Virus record (IMG/VR): IMGVR_UViG_3300037044_000019
Coordinates: 1 to 45,087 of that record
Source of the DNA: a virus
Taxonomy: Duplodnaviria > Caudoviricetes
Reading direction: 5' to 3' (one strand)
DNA length: 45,087 bases
Shown here: in pieces, positions 8,460-18,208 of the stretch
Numbering within the stretch: the stretch's first letter is position 1
How the letters are laid out: each line of letters opens with the position of its first letter
Position numbers and translations under genes: made by a program
The notes under the pieces: generated by a model
What the model saw: only the letters and a program-made list of their open reading frames with translations
The model's database searches: none
Told to the model about the DNA's origin: nothing

Positions 8460-10432
8460 TGGCACGCAAACGGGCTGAAACCCCCTACGATGTGACGCTG
8501 AACGCCGACCAGAAGCGGGATCTGGTTGGCTGGCTCTGCGATGCGGTCCAACAGAGCGAGGATTCGCGCACGGCGTCTCTGGCCGACGTGGAGTACTGGC
8601 ACAAGCTGTATCGGCAGGATCTGACGCGGGTAGGCAAGCAGCAGCCCTGGGCCGACGCCGCCGACCTGACCAGCTACATCGGCACGGAGAAGGTCGATGC
8701 GATGAGAAGCCGCATCATGCGGACGATCTTCGTCGAACCCATCTGGACCGTGGAGGGCTGGGGGGCGTCGGCCGAGAAAGCACCGATTGTGGAGGAGTTC
8801 CACCAGTGGCAGGCCGAGCAGGAAGGACTCCAGCGCTACCTGACCCGCGTTATCCACCTGTCGCTGATCGAACCCCGGGGCGTGCTGGAGGTCTACGAAG
8901 ACACGGTGGAGCGCCGGGTGCGGAAGCAGATGCGGGTCGGGGTGCAACTGAACCCGATCAGCGGCCTGCCCTTGATGGGCGAGGACGGGGAGCCGGTCTT
9001 GGTGCAGGGCACGGACGGGCAGTATGTCGAGGTCATGGACGACCTGGCAGCCTCGGCCGAGGTCATCGTGGACAGCACGGAGCGGGTGCGGCGGGGTCCG
9101 GCGTATCGGGTGATTCCGTACCGCGATTTCCTCGTCCTGCCCGGGCACGCGGCGGACAAAGCCGACGTGTGGGGCTACGCCAAGCGTATCGTGCGGCGGG
9201 TGTCGGACCTGAAGGACCGGGCGCGGGCCGGGATCTACGACATGCAGGACGTGGAGGCGCTGGGGACGGACGGGGACCAGAGTCCGACCACGGAACTGAC
9301 GGGCGTGGGCATGGAGAAAGCCCCGGAGACGGACCCGGACACGGCCGAAAAGGAACTGTGGGAAGTCCTGTTCCTGCGCGACCTCGATAACAAGGGCCAG
9401 CGGTGGTACGTGGCCACGATCAGCGTGACGCAGCGGGTCATGCTCCGGGTCCAGCACGACGACATTGGTGCCGGGCGGTATCTGGTGTTCACGCCGTTCC
9501 CCCGTCCTGACCGGGCGTGCGACGGCTACAGCCTGATTGGGCACAAGCTGATTACCACGATTGAGGAACACAGCGCGTGGCGCAACATGCTGGCAGACCG
9601 GGCGGCGATGGTCGTGCAGGCGCCGGTCAAGCGGTTGGAAGGGGCGCTGTGGGATCCCGAGGAGCAGCCGTGGGGTCCGCGTGCGGTCATCGACGTGCGG
9701 CAGATGGAGGAAGTGCAGCCGGTCGTGATGCCGGACCTCAGCCAGCCCGCCATTGAGCGGGAAGCGTCGATTATGCAGGCGTCGGAGCGCATCGCCGGGT
9801 TGAACGACGTGGCATTGGGCGTGGCCCCGCAGGAATCGCGCACACTGGGCGAGGTCAACATGGTGGCCGAGCAGTCGTTCATCCGCATCGAGGAAGTCGT
9901 CAAGAATTTGCAGGAGACGCTGGAGGAACTGGGCCAGGTGCGCCATGTGATCTGGCAGCGGGCCTTGGCGTCGATGCCGGACGGGTTGCCGGTGCCGCAG
10001 GGGATGCTGGTCGGGCTGGAGCAGCGCGGGATCAGCGTGGACGGCATGGCGGATAGCAAGATCATGGCCCGGGCCTTGGATGGCAATTTCCGGTTCAAGC
10101 CCCGGGGCAGCGTCGAGACGGCCGACGTGAACCGGCAGCGGACAGACTTCGTGCAGTTCTTGCAGATGCTGCCGCAGTTGATTGCGACGTGGCCGGCGCT
10201 GGGGCAGTTGGTAGGCCAGAGTCCGCAGGCGGCCCGGTCGGTGCTGGAGCAGGCGCTGCGGTTGTTCCGGTTCCCGGACCGGCAGGCGATTCTGGGCGAC
10301 AACACGCAGGCGATGCTGACGCAGGCGATGCAGCCCGCCCCCGCACCGCCGCAGGCGATGGCCCCGGGCATGGCCCCGCCGCCGGGGATGCCCGGTCAAC
10401 CGATGCCCCCACAGGGAGGTGGAGTGGTATGA
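8459..10432 (+). CDS. portal protein (podovirus-like)
   Basis: 657-aa ORF after terminase; RTLGEV-type motif, helical C-terminus with Pro/Gln-rich tail; position. Confidence 0.8.
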   Translation: MARKRAETPYDVTLNADQKRDLVGWLCDAVQQSEDSRTASLADVEYWHKLYRQDLTRVGKQQPWADAADLTSYIGTEKVDAMRSRIMRTIFVEPIWTVEGWGASAEKAPIVEEFHQWQAEQEGLQRYLTRVIHLSLIEPRGVLEVYEDTVERRVRKQMRVGVQLNPISGLPLMGEDGEPVLVQGTDGQYVEVMDDLAASAEVIVDSTERVRRGPAYRVIPYRDFLVLPGHAADKADVWGYAKRIVRRVSDLKDRARAGIYDMQDVEALGTDGDQSPTTELTGVGMEKAPETDPDTAEKELWEVLFLRDLDNKGQRWYVATISVTQRVMLRVQHDDIGAGRYLVFTPFPRPDRACDGYSLIGHKLITTIEEHSAWRNMLADRAAMVVQAPVKRLEGALWDPEEQPWGPRAVIDVRQMEEVQPVVMPDLSQPAIEREASIMQASERIAGLNDVALGVAPQESRTLGEVNMVAEQSFIRIEEVVKNLQETLEELGQVRHVIWQRALASMPDGLPVPQGMLVGLEQRGISVDGMADSKIMARALDGNFRFKPRGSVETADVNRQRTDFVQFLQMLPQLIATWPALGQLVGQSPQAARSVLEQALRLFRFPDRQAILGDNTQAMLTQAMQPAPAPPQAMAPGMAPPPGMPGQPMPPQGGGVV

Positions 10433-10719
10433 GTCAACCGACAGACGATGAGGCGCAGGATTGGCGGGAGTTGGTAGCGTGCCCGGGCTGGGCGCGGCTG
10501 AAGGGCTACGTGGCGGACCAATGGAGCGCGGCCGCACTGGAGCGGCACGTCGAACTGGCCTTGGACGGCGCAGACCCGTTGGCCCTGGGTAAGCTTCGGC
10601 AGATGGTGGCGGCAAAGCGGGCCGTGGCGCAGGTGCTGACCCACGCCGAAGCCGAGGCCAAGCGCAGCAAGCCGGAGGAGACGGGTATGCCCCACTTGGG
10701 GCGACGGGGGGCGCTGTGA
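10429..10719 (+). CDS. hypothetical protein (post-portal)
   Basis: MSQPTDDE...LVACPGW; ATGA overlap with portal. Confidence 0.65.
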   Translation: MSQPTDDEAQDWRELVACPGWARLKGYVADQWSAAALERHVELALDGADPLALGKLRQMVAAKRAVAQVLTHAEAEAKRSKPEETGMPHLGRRGAL

Positions 10720-11093
10720 TTCCCTTCACCCCGATTGCCGGCCGGGTGCTGCTCGAGCCGATGGAACCCGACCGCACGACGGAGGCGGGCCTGATTCTGG
10801 TCGAGGACCGCAAGCCCGAGACGATGGGTCGCGTCGTGGCGGTCGCGGCGTCTGACGAACTGTTGGATGCGCGACTGGAGATATCCAAGCGGCTGGTTCT
10901 GAGCACGTCCGATGACGCGATTGACGCCTATGAATCCGTGCTGGACTTGTTGCCCTTCTCGGCCGCCCACGAGGTCAACGTGGGCGACGTGGTGCTGTTC
11001 TCGTGGCAGGCGGGCCAGGAGATTCAGTTGGACGACGGGCGGTACCTGATTATGCCGGAATCGGACATTCTGGCCGTGGTGGAGGATGCATGA
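10716..11093 (+). CDS. groES: GroES/Cpn10-like co-chaperonin with an insertion
   Basis: FTPIAGRVLLEP..TTEAGLIL..KPETMGRVVAV...VNVGDVVLF..AGQEI..DDGRYLIMPESDILAVVE. Confidence 0.85.
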   Translation: MIPFTPIAGRVLLEPMEPDRTTEAGLILVEDRKPETMGRVVAVAASDELLDARLEISKRLVLSTSDDAIDAYESVLDLLPFSAAHEVNVGDVVLFSWQAGQEIQLDDGRYLIMPESDILAVVEDA

Positions 11094-12049
11094 GCGGAAC
11101 CAGTGACGAACTGATGCCGGGTGCCGTGACGCTCGAGGGCGACGAACCCTCGATTGTCGGTCCCCAGGCAGCCCCGGCCGACGTAGCCCCGGCACCGGCC
11201 CCAGCGGGCGACGAGGACGCCGAACCCGAGGGCATTACCATCGACCTCCGGGGGTCCAAGATGGTGCCCCTGGAGGCGTTGCAGGCCGAACGGGGGCGGC
11301 GTAAGGAGTACCAGGCCCAGGTCAAGGCGGCCGAGTCCCTGAAGGCCGAGGTGGACGCGCTGCGGGGCAAGGCGCAGACGGCGGAACAGGTGACGGCGTG
11401 GGTCGAGCAGGTGCGGCCTCTCTTGGAGAAGCTGAAGGGCCAGCCGGACCTCGTGAAAGCCATCATGTCCGGGCAGCCCGTGGGCCAGCCGCAAGCCCCG
11501 CCGGAGCAGGCCGGGCCGCTGTCGCCCGAGGAGGCCGAGGATCTGGCCCGGACGATGGAACTCTATACGGCCGAGGGCAAGCCGGACCTCGCCCGGGCGC
11601 AGAAAATGGCCGGGAAGATGGCCAAACTGGCCTCCGGGCAGGCAGCGGCAGCGATGGCCCCGGTGACGGCGGCAATGGCCGAGGGGCAGTCTGGCACGCT
11701 CCGGCAGCAGTATGCCGGGCTGCGCGACAAGGCCGGGCGCACGGTCAACCCGGACGTGTTGCAGAAGATGTGGCAGCTGGTGCCGTCGAACCTCGTGGCG
11801 CAGGATCCGAACGTCGCCGGGGTGCTGTACTACGCGGCCAAGGGTTACGCCGCGCATCACGGTATGGACGAACCCGCTCCGCCCACGTCGCTGCCCATTG
11901 TGACGGAACCGGCCGGGGGCCATCAGACGGCGGCCCGGGCGCTATCCGACCTCGACCGGCGCTTTGCCCGGACGATGGACAGCGAGAAGAAATACACGGA
12001 AACCTCGGCCCGCTACAAGCCCGGGCAGATCAATATTCTGGAGGACTAG
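11090..12049 (+). CDS. capsid scaffolding protein (putative)
   Basis: acidic/Pro N-terminus, MVPLEALQAERGRRK motif, coiled coil; located between portal and capsid. Confidence 0.7.
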   Translation: MSGTSDELMPGAVTLEGDEPSIVGPQAAPADVAPAPAPAGDEDAEPEGITIDLRGSKMVPLEALQAERGRRKEYQAQVKAAESLKAEVDALRGKAQTAEQVTAWVEQVRPLLEKLKGQPDLVKAIMSGQPVGQPQAPPEQAGPLSPEEAEDLARTMELYTAEGKPDLARAQKMAGKMAKLASGQAAAAMAPVTAAMAEGQSGTLRQQYAGLRDKAGRTVNPDVLQKMWQLVPSNLVAQDPNVAGVLYYAAKGYAAHHGMDEPAPPTSLPIVTEPAGGHQTAARALSDLDRRFARTMDSEKKYTETSARYKPGQINILED

Positions 12050-12544
12050 GTGGCCAAGACAGCAACGAAAGCCCCGCGAGTGCGGGCGATCATCGAGCGG
12101 CGGCTCCAGAACCCCTTTGGGGACGGGTCGCCCACGATTGAACTGAACGACCCAGGCATGTCTGTGCGCGTGGTCAACACGCAACTCCGCCCCGGCCGGT
12201 ATCACGACGTGGTGCGGAACAAGGGCTGGGAGCCGGTCGCGCCCGAGGAACTGGTGGGCAACGCCGAGGACTACGGCTTCGACATCAAGGACGGGCGCGT
12301 GGTCCGGGGCGAACGGGGGCAGGAAGTGCTGATGAAGATGCCCACCACCGACGTGCGGGCGGTGCAGGACGCCAAGGACCGCAAGAACCGGGAGATGGCC
12401 AGCCCCCGGCGGCTGAAGGCCGAGACGGTGGCGCTGGCGGGCGCGGAACACGGCGACGAAGCCGCGTCCTACGTCAACCGCATGACCACGATCAAGGACG
12501 AGCGTGGGCCGGTCCCGCTGGAGGACGACGCGCCGGGGACTTGA
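12050..12544 (+). CDS. hypothetical head-module protein
   Basis: KGWEPV...VLMKMP pattern seen in genes between scaffold and capsid. Confidence 0.65.
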   Translation: MAKTATKAPRVRAIIERRLQNPFGDGSPTIELNDPGMSVRVVNTQLRPGRYHDVVRNKGWEPVAPEELVGNAEDYGFDIKDGRVVRGERGQEVLMKMPTTDVRAVQDAKDRKNREMASPRRLKAETVALAGAEHGDEAASYVNRMTTIKDERGPVPLEDDAPGT

Positions 12545-12632
12545 CACGTGTGCTAGACTGTGCGTGGAAGAGCAGCGAACCACGGCCCGGCGGCTAATCC
12601 CTGCTAGGCTGCGCAGTACCTGCTCTATCCCA

Positions 12633-12692
12633 CCCGCCGCCGGGGTCAATCGGGCGTTGCTGCTACAGCCCGTCGCCGGGGTGAATCGGGCG
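12633..12692 (+). repeat. two 24-bp direct repeats, each able to form a hairpin
   Basis: cccgccgccggggtcaatcgggcg (12633-12656) and cccgtcgccggggtgaatcgggcg (12669-12692). Confidence 0.85.
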
Positions 12693-12829
12693 CTGTTCGA
12701 CGGATGCGCGAGGCTCCGCAAGCCCTCGCAAGTGGTCGCCGCACTGCGGGCGTCATTGGGTCACGTAACCTGTGACCGGCACTCCTGACTTCTGACCCGC
12801 GCCGTTCCTGGCGCAATGGAGTGTGCCTC

Positions 12830-13402
12830 ATGGCGGATTGGACCGCATCCTCGAACGCAATCGTGCGGCCGTATCGCTCGCCCTTCGGTTCCCCGAACAT
12901 CAAGTATTTCGAGCTGTCCACCGCCGCGAACGCGGCGACACAGATCGTCACGGGGGATCTGGTGCAGTTTGACACGGCCGTCTCCTCGGCCTCACACCGC
13001 GTCGTGCGCGCCCGCTCAACGGGCGGCGGCGGCGGCAACCTGCTCGGCATCAACGGCAACATGCTCCTGGGCGTGGCTATGGGCAAGGACGAATCGGATG
13101 GCTCTGGGACGGGCCTCGGCACGGGCCGCAAGGTCGGCGTGGCGCTGTTCGACGGCCTGACCGAATTCATGGCCTACACGCGCTGGGCAGGCCCCGTGAC
13201 CTCGACGATGGTCGGCCAGCAGCGCAGCCTGATCTACGACTCGACGCTGAAAATCTGGCAGGTCGATTCCACCAACAGCACGGCGGCCTTGCAGACCGCC
13301 ATCATCACGGACGTGCCCGATGCGTATATCGGGGATACCGGCGCCCCGGTCGCGTTCAAGATCAGCCTGTCCACGCTTGTCAGCCTGGTGGCGAAGGGCT
13401 AA
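12830..13402 (+). CDS. putative capsid decoration/cement protein
   Basis: ~190 aa, IVTGDLV...LLGVA beta pattern, immediately upstream of major capsid; 7 ST dipeptides. Confidence 0.65.
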   Translation: MADWTASSNAIVRPYRSPFGSPNIKYFELSTAANAATQIVTGDLVQFDTAVSSASHRVVRARSTGGGGGNLLGINGNMLLGVAMGKDESDGSGTGLGTGRKVGVALFDGLTEFMAYTRWAGPVTSTMVGQQRSLIYDSTLKIWQVDSTNSTAALQTAIITDVPDAYIGDTGAPVAFKISLSTLVSLVAKG

Positions 13403-13414
13403 GGGAGAACCATC

Positions 13415-14335
13415 ATGGCACAGACACGCGGCACCTTTGCGGAACTCTACGACAACCTCGACAAAGCAGTCTATACGCTGCTGTTCGACGCGCAGAAAGA
13501 ACTCCCCCGGATCTGGACGAAGGTCTTCAACGTCAAGAAGTCCGAGAAGAAGTTCGAGCGCGTGATGACCGTCACCGGGATGGGCGACGTGCCGGAAAAG
13601 GGCGAGGGCGCGGCCTACACGTCCGACGTGATCCGGGCCGGCTGGACCAAGGACTTCACCCACACGGAATACGGGATGATGTTCGAGGTCACGCAGACGG
13701 CGCTCGAGGATGACCAGTACGACCAGCTTTCGCAGCACGCCCGCTGGCTCATGTTCTCGGCCCGCGTGGTCGAGGAAAAGAAGGCCCATGCCGTGTTCAA
13801 CAACGGCTTCGGGTCCGAACTGAGTCCCGATGGCGTGTCGCTGTTCAACGCCACGCACGCGCTGAAGGGCGGCGGCACGGCCCGCAACACGCTGGCGACG
13901 GCGGCTGACCTGAGCGTCACCTCGCTCACGCAGGCGCTGATTGACTGGCAGACGCAGACCAAGGTGGAATCGGGGCAGGTGGTGAACTTCGCCAGCGACC
14001 TGGTGCTGTTCGTGCCGCCCGCGCTCGAATTCACCGCTGACCGGATCCTGAACTCGGCCGGGCTGCCGGGGTCGGCGGACAATGATCGGAACCCGATCAA
14101 GGCCCGCCGGAACTGGACGCTGGTTGTCTCGCCGTACCTGACGGACGAAGATGCGTTCTTCCTGCTCGCGGCCGACAAGAAGAGCCACGGGATCTGCTCC
14201 TACACCCGCGTCCCGATCAGCATGGAACCGGCGATGACCGACGCCCGCACCCGCAACCGGCTGTATCCGGTGCGGTGGCGGCGTTCGTTTGGAGCTGCTT
14301 GGTGGCAAGGCTCATTTGGTGTTCCGGGGGTCTAA
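13415..14335 (+). CDS. major capsid protein (HK97 fold, Mu gpT-like group)
   Basis: 306 aa; GMGDVPEKGEG, H.EYG..FEVT..ALEDD.Y, DGVSLFNATH, LFVPPALE, VSPYLTDEDAFFL motifs. Confidence 0.9.
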   Translation: MAQTRGTFAELYDNLDKAVYTLLFDAQKELPRIWTKVFNVKKSEKKFERVMTVTGMGDVPEKGEGAAYTSDVIRAGWTKDFTHTEYGMMFEVTQTALEDDQYDQLSQHARWLMFSARVVEEKKAHAVFNNGFGSELSPDGVSLFNATHALKGGGTARNTLATAADLSVTSLTQALIDWQTQTKVESGQVVNFASDLVLFVPPALEFTADRILNSAGLPGSADNDRNPIKARRNWTLVVSPYLTDEDAFFLLAADKKSHGICSYTRVPISMEPAMTDARTRNRLYPVRWRRSFGAAWWQGSFGVPGV

Positions 14336-14457
14336 TACCCCAAATACCTTCGCAGGGTCATAGGACCCGCGCAGGCGAGTCGCCCCGATCCTGCCGTGTC
14401 TGCCGGTAGGGTACCGAGCCTTGGGGTCGGGGCACAACCTCGGGAAAGGGTCAGACC

Positions 14458-14973
14458 ATGAATACGCGCAGCACGAACACGCTCGGATACGTCCACTTCG
14501 GCCACAGCGTGATTGCCGGCGTGGACGAAGGCATCGGCGTAGCGCTGAACCCGGGATCGACCGGGGCGGCGGCTATCATCGAACCGATCAGCGACAGCGA
14601 CACGGCGGCTTTGACCATCCAGGCCAAGGGCGCGGCGGCGTTGACCATCGGCAACTCCAGCAACAGCGTGAGCATCGGCGGGACGCCGTTCGCGGCCTAC
14701 TCGACCACGTTCGCCTATGCGTTCTCGGCGCTGGCTGAAGGCGGGTCTGAGGACTTCAACATCGCCACGACCACGGCCGACATTCAGCCGGGCGATCTGG
14801 TGACGGTGAGCCTGGGGAATGTCAGCACCAACATCACGCTGGCCATCCTGAACGTGCGCTACTCGACGGCCGCCGCGAGCCGGGTGACGGTGACGGTGGG
14901 GAACATTGGATCGACCACGTTCGGGTCCACGGGCAGCGGCACGGGCCGGGTGACCTGGATCGACTTGACGTAG
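14458..14973 (+). CDS. Ser/Thr-rich virion protein
   Basis: post-capsid position; beta-rich; 7 ST dipeptides. Confidence 0.65.
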   Translation: MNTRSTNTLGYVHFGHSVIAGVDEGIGVALNPGSTGAAAIIEPISDSDTAALTIQAKGAAALTIGNSSNSVSIGGTPFAAYSTTFAYAFSALAEGGSEDFNIATTTADIQPGDLVTVSLGNVSTNITLAILNVRYSTAAASRVTVTVGNIGSTTFGSTGSGTGRVTWIDLT

Positions 14974-14982
14974 GGGGCGCAC

Positions 14983-15300
14983 ATGGCCACGTATGAATTC
15001 CAGGCCAAGTGGTCCTGGGTCGCAACCGCCTCGACGGGTGGCTCCACGCAGGTCGCGCAGGTGTTGGGCGAGGTCGAGCGGTTCACGTTCGGCTTCACCA
15101 CGGGGCCGGGCTGCACTTGCACCGTGCAGATGCAGGCGGGTCCGACCGTGGATGGCCCGTGGGCGTCCCTGATGACCTCGGAGGCGCTCTCGACCAGTGC
15201 CTACGTGGTGCAGCAGATGGCGGGGCCGCTCCAGTACCTGCGCCCGTATGTCACGGCGAAGACGACGGGTGCGCTGACGATTGAGGCGTTCGGCAACTAG
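14983..15300 (+). CDS. small virion protein (putative)
   Basis: beta-rich 105-aa ORF in structural operon. Confidence 0.6.
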   Translation: MATYEFQAKWSWVATASTGGSTQVAQVLGEVERFTFGFTTGPGCTCTVQMQAGPTVDGPWASLMTSEALSTSAYVVQQMAGPLQYLRPYVTAKTTGALTIEAFGN

Positions 15301-15303
15301 GGG

Positions 15304-16275
15304 GTGGGTATGTTTATTTGGGGATCGCGCAACGGCATCCCGCTCGCCCCCGGCCTCATCATGCAGACCGGGACGCAGATCCTGCTCGCTGACGGCACCG
15401 CCGCAGTGCCGAGTCTGAGCTTTGCGAGTGACACGGATACGGGGTGGTACTTGGCCGGGGCCAACATCGCCGCGCTGTCTGTGGGCGGTGATTTCAGGTT
15501 CGTGGCGCGAACTAACCAGATCCAATTTGCTCCAGCATCACTTACTGGATCATCCACCACTTCTGGCCTTTCCTTCGCGCAAACCTTGAACACCACCGGC
15601 GTAATCGACGGCGTGTTCAGCATGGCCGTCACCAATACGGCCAGCGGAGCGGGCAGCCTCCTCATGCACCTCAAGGGAGGGGCAGCGGGGGCGACGTCGC
15701 TGTTCAAGGTGGACATGGCGGGGGCGGGGGTATTCGCGGGAACTGTTACAGCCGGAGGGGCGCAGGGCTTTGTATTTACTAGCCGGGGAGTGTTGTTCCC
15801 TACGGCGGATGGGGAATTGACGTATCGCAACGCGGCAGCTACCGGAGCGACCATATTCAACCTCGGCCCCACAACTGGCAACACCGACCGTGGTTCGCAG
15901 AGCATCACGAACGGCAAAGTTACCATCGACATGGCCACAGCGACGGGCACGGGCACCGGGTCCATCACCAGCCCGAATACGGCGATCCCGGCGGGGTCGC
16001 TGGTCCTCGGCGTGACGGCGCGGGTGACGACGATCCTGGCGGGCGCGGGCCTGACCACGTTCTCGATTGGCGACGGCACCGACGCCGACCGCTGGGGCAC
16101 CGGCATTGCGATTGCGGCCGGGACCACGGTAGGCGCGGCCAACATCACCATCTCCAGCCCGGTCTACTACACGGCGGCGACCTCGATTGTGCTGACGGCG
16201 GCGGCGGGCGTGTTCAGCACGGGCGTGCTGGCCGTGACCGTCCATTACCTGAGCTTCACGGCACAGAGCGCGTAA
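15304..16275 (+). CDS. tail fibre/spike-like protein
   Basis: ADGTAAVPSLSFASDTDTGWY fibre motif; Gly/Thr/Ala-rich; C-terminal IPAGSLVLGV...IGDGTDADRW domain. Confidence 0.7.
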   Translation: MGMFIWGSRNGIPLAPGLIMQTGTQILLADGTAAVPSLSFASDTDTGWYLAGANIAALSVGGDFRFVARTNQIQFAPASLTGSSTTSGLSFAQTLNTTGVIDGVFSMAVTNTASGAGSLLMHLKGGAAGATSLFKVDMAGAGVFAGTVTAGGAQGFVFTSRGVLFPTADGELTYRNAAATGATIFNLGPTTGNTDRGSQSITNGKVTIDMATATGTGTGSITSPNTAIPAGSLVLGVTARVTTILAGAGLTTFSIGDGTDADRWGTGIAIAAGTTVGAANITISSPVYYTAATSIVLTAAAGVFSTGVLAVTVHYLSFTAQSA

Positions 16276-16276
16276 C

Positions 16277-16852
16277 ATGGCGAACCCGGTGGTCGGCCAT
16301 CGTGGGGTCATCGAGCAGGGGCTGTGGAACGACTGCTCCGTCATCAGCCCGAACGCGGTGAACCCGGTCGGGCCTGACGGCAACATGACGATCATCACAG
16401 ACGCGCCCCCGGCCTATACGGGCTGTCTGCAAGCCGACGCAACCGGTGAGTCGTGCGAGGTCGAATGGCAGATTTCGCACGCTTACCTGCTCGGGACCGA
16501 CATCGTCCCGCACATTCACGTCGTGCGGAATGACTCAACGAACAACACCGGCACTGTGGGGTTTCAGGCGAAGTTCCGACATCTCCCCATGCACGGCACG
16601 TCTTCAACCTGGACGGATTGGGTCGATGGCGACCAAACCAACGCGCCCGCTGACGGCGCAGACAAAACCGGCATGATCGAGTGGGCGATGGCCAGTAGCG
16701 TGTATACGTTCGGCATCTCGGACGTGATTCTGGCCATCGTCAAACGCGTGAACGTCGGGGCGGGCGGCGAGACAGGTTCAATCGCGGTGCATTCGGTGGA
16801 CCTCCACATCCAGCAAGGGCAGTTCGGTTCACGCAGCGAGGAGGGTCTGTAA
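16277..16852 (+). CDS. hypothetical virion-associated protein
   Basis: QISHAYLLGTDIVPHIH..VDLH.Q...FGS pattern; in structural operon. Confidence 0.6.
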   Translation: MANPVVGHRGVIEQGLWNDCSVISPNAVNPVGPDGNMTIITDAPPAYTGCLQADATGESCEVEWQISHAYLLGTDIVPHIHVVRNDSTNNTGTVGFQAKFRHLPMHGTSSTWTDWVDGDQTNAPADGADKTGMIEWAMASSVYTFGISDVILAIVKRVNVGAGGETGSIAVHSVDLHIQQGQFGSRSEEGL

Positions 16853-17056
16853 ATGGCGCTGAGTGAGACGGCAATCACGGGCCTGAAGTTCGGCGCAGCG
16901 GTCGAAGGCGTGACCGTGGCCGAGTTCAACGAGGCCCAGTTAGAGCGCGTCGGCCTGCACTTCGCGGATCTGGCCAAGGCCAACAAACGCGAGGAGCGGA
17001 TCAAGAAGCTCGACGCTCGCCCGGACCTCGCGGCCCAGGTGGACGCGGTGGTGTGA
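16853..17056 (+). CDS. hypothetical protein
   Basis: 67-aa ORF abutting neighbours. Confidence 0.55.
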   Translation: MALSETAITGLKFGAAVEGVTVAEFNEAQLERVGLHFADLAKANKREERIKKLDARPDLAAQVDAVV

Positions 17057-17406
17057 CATGGCTGCTCCTGTGCTGCGTGCTGGTGGCCCCAGTGCCTGAC
17101 CCGCCGCAGCCGCGCATCCCGCTCACCCCGGCGATGCAGGCGCTGATGTGGGGGATTCCGGCCGCCCACGCCGCCGACCTGCTGACGACGCAGATGGCGC
17201 TCAATCAGGGCGGGCTGGAACTCAACCCGTTGATGCGCCGGCCCGAGACGCGCTACCCGCTGTCGCTGGCGGCCACCGGGCTCGGGATGTGGGGCACCAA
17301 GGCACTGTATGAGCGGGGCCACCCGAACGCGGCGAAAACGGCGGCCATCATGAGCATCGTGATTCCGCTGATCGCAGCCGGCTGGAATCTGACGCAGATG
17401 AAGTAG
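17053..17406 (+). CDS. membrane protein (DUF5658-like)
   Basis: ADLLTTQMAL..GGLELNPLM motif plus hydrophobic helices. Confidence 0.6.
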   Translation: MTWLLLCCVLVAPVPDPPQPRIPLTPAMQALMWGIPAAHAADLLTTQMALNQGGLELNPLMRRPETRYPLSLAATGLGMWGTKALYERGHPNAAKTAAIMSIVIPLIAAGWNLTQMK

Positions 17407-17415
17407 GGGGACGGG

Positions 17416-18207
17416 ATGATCTTCGAGACGCTGTACTCCGACCGGCTCGATTACGAACTCGGGGGCAACGACTCGGCGGTCCTGTTCACCACGGCCCGCC
17501 GCAAGAACAGCATCAATGAAGGGCTGCGCGAGTTTGCCGACCTGACCGAGTGCTGGACCCGCTCCGCGACCATCACCTGTTCGAACGCCGTCGCCGACTA
17601 CAACCTGCTGTCCACCGTCAACATCGTGGCCGGGGATTTCATTCGGCTGGCTGTGGATGGCCCAGAGTATCGCCGGACCGATGCGTCTTCCAATGTCACC
17701 TATACCCACGGCGACGACCTGCCCCGGCGTGACATCGAATGGCTGAACGCGCACGAATCCGGCTGGCGGTCCTGCACGGGTGCGACGGCCCCGCAGAGCT
17801 ACTACCTCGACGCGGACGGCGGGGCGCTGAACCTGGGGCTGTATCCGCCGCCGACCATCAGCACGTCGGAGGCCGGGGCGCTGATTGTGCCCTACGTGGC
17901 GCGGCCCTCGTCCATGACCTCGACCGGCGACACGCCCTACACCGACGCGTCAGGCGTGACGCGCACCGACCTGGAACCCTACCATCAGGCGCTGGTCCAC
18001 TACGCCGCGCACCGCCTCGAACTGCTCCGCAAGGACACGGCGGCGTCAGACCGGCAGCTCCAGAAGTTCATGGGCTACGTGCAGCGGTTCTTGCAGGCCC
18101 AGCGTAAAAAAGGCGGGGAGGCGGTGCGGCCGGCGCGGTCGTATTTCACGCGGGCGGGGCGGTCGCGGGATGCGGACTACGGGCCGCGTGCGCCGTGGTG
18201 GAGGTAG
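17416..18207 (+). CDS. head-tail adaptor / tail tubular A-like protein
   Basis: SINEGLREF, LGLYPPP, YHQALVHYAA pattern typical of podovirus adaptors; position. Confidence 0.7.
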   Translation: MIFETLYSDRLDYELGGNDSAVLFTTARRKNSINEGLREFADLTECWTRSATITCSNAVADYNLLSTVNIVAGDFIRLAVDGPEYRRTDASSNVTYTHGDDLPRRDIEWLNAHESGWRSCTGATAPQSYYLDADGGALNLGLYPPPTISTSEAGALIVPYVARPSSMTSTGDTPYTDASGVTRTDLEPYHQALVHYAAHRLELLRKDTAASDRQLQKFMGYVQRFLQAQRKKGGEAVRPARSYFTRAGRSRDADYGPRAPWWR

Positions 18208-18208
18208 G

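Noticed and set aside
8456-10906. 816-aa minus-strand ORF (and similar long antisense ORFs at 13016-14308, 24663-26078, 39884-41188)
   Set aside because: Shadow frames of real genes in high-GC DNA; Arg/Pro/His-rich with no motifs
12541-12559. TTGACA...TAGACT as a -35/-10 pair
   Set aside because: Spacing is only 7 bp; at most an extended -10 element
12633-12692. Possible CRISPR mini-array
   Set aside because: Only two 24-bp units separated by 12 bp; no spacer-length sequence and no cas genes
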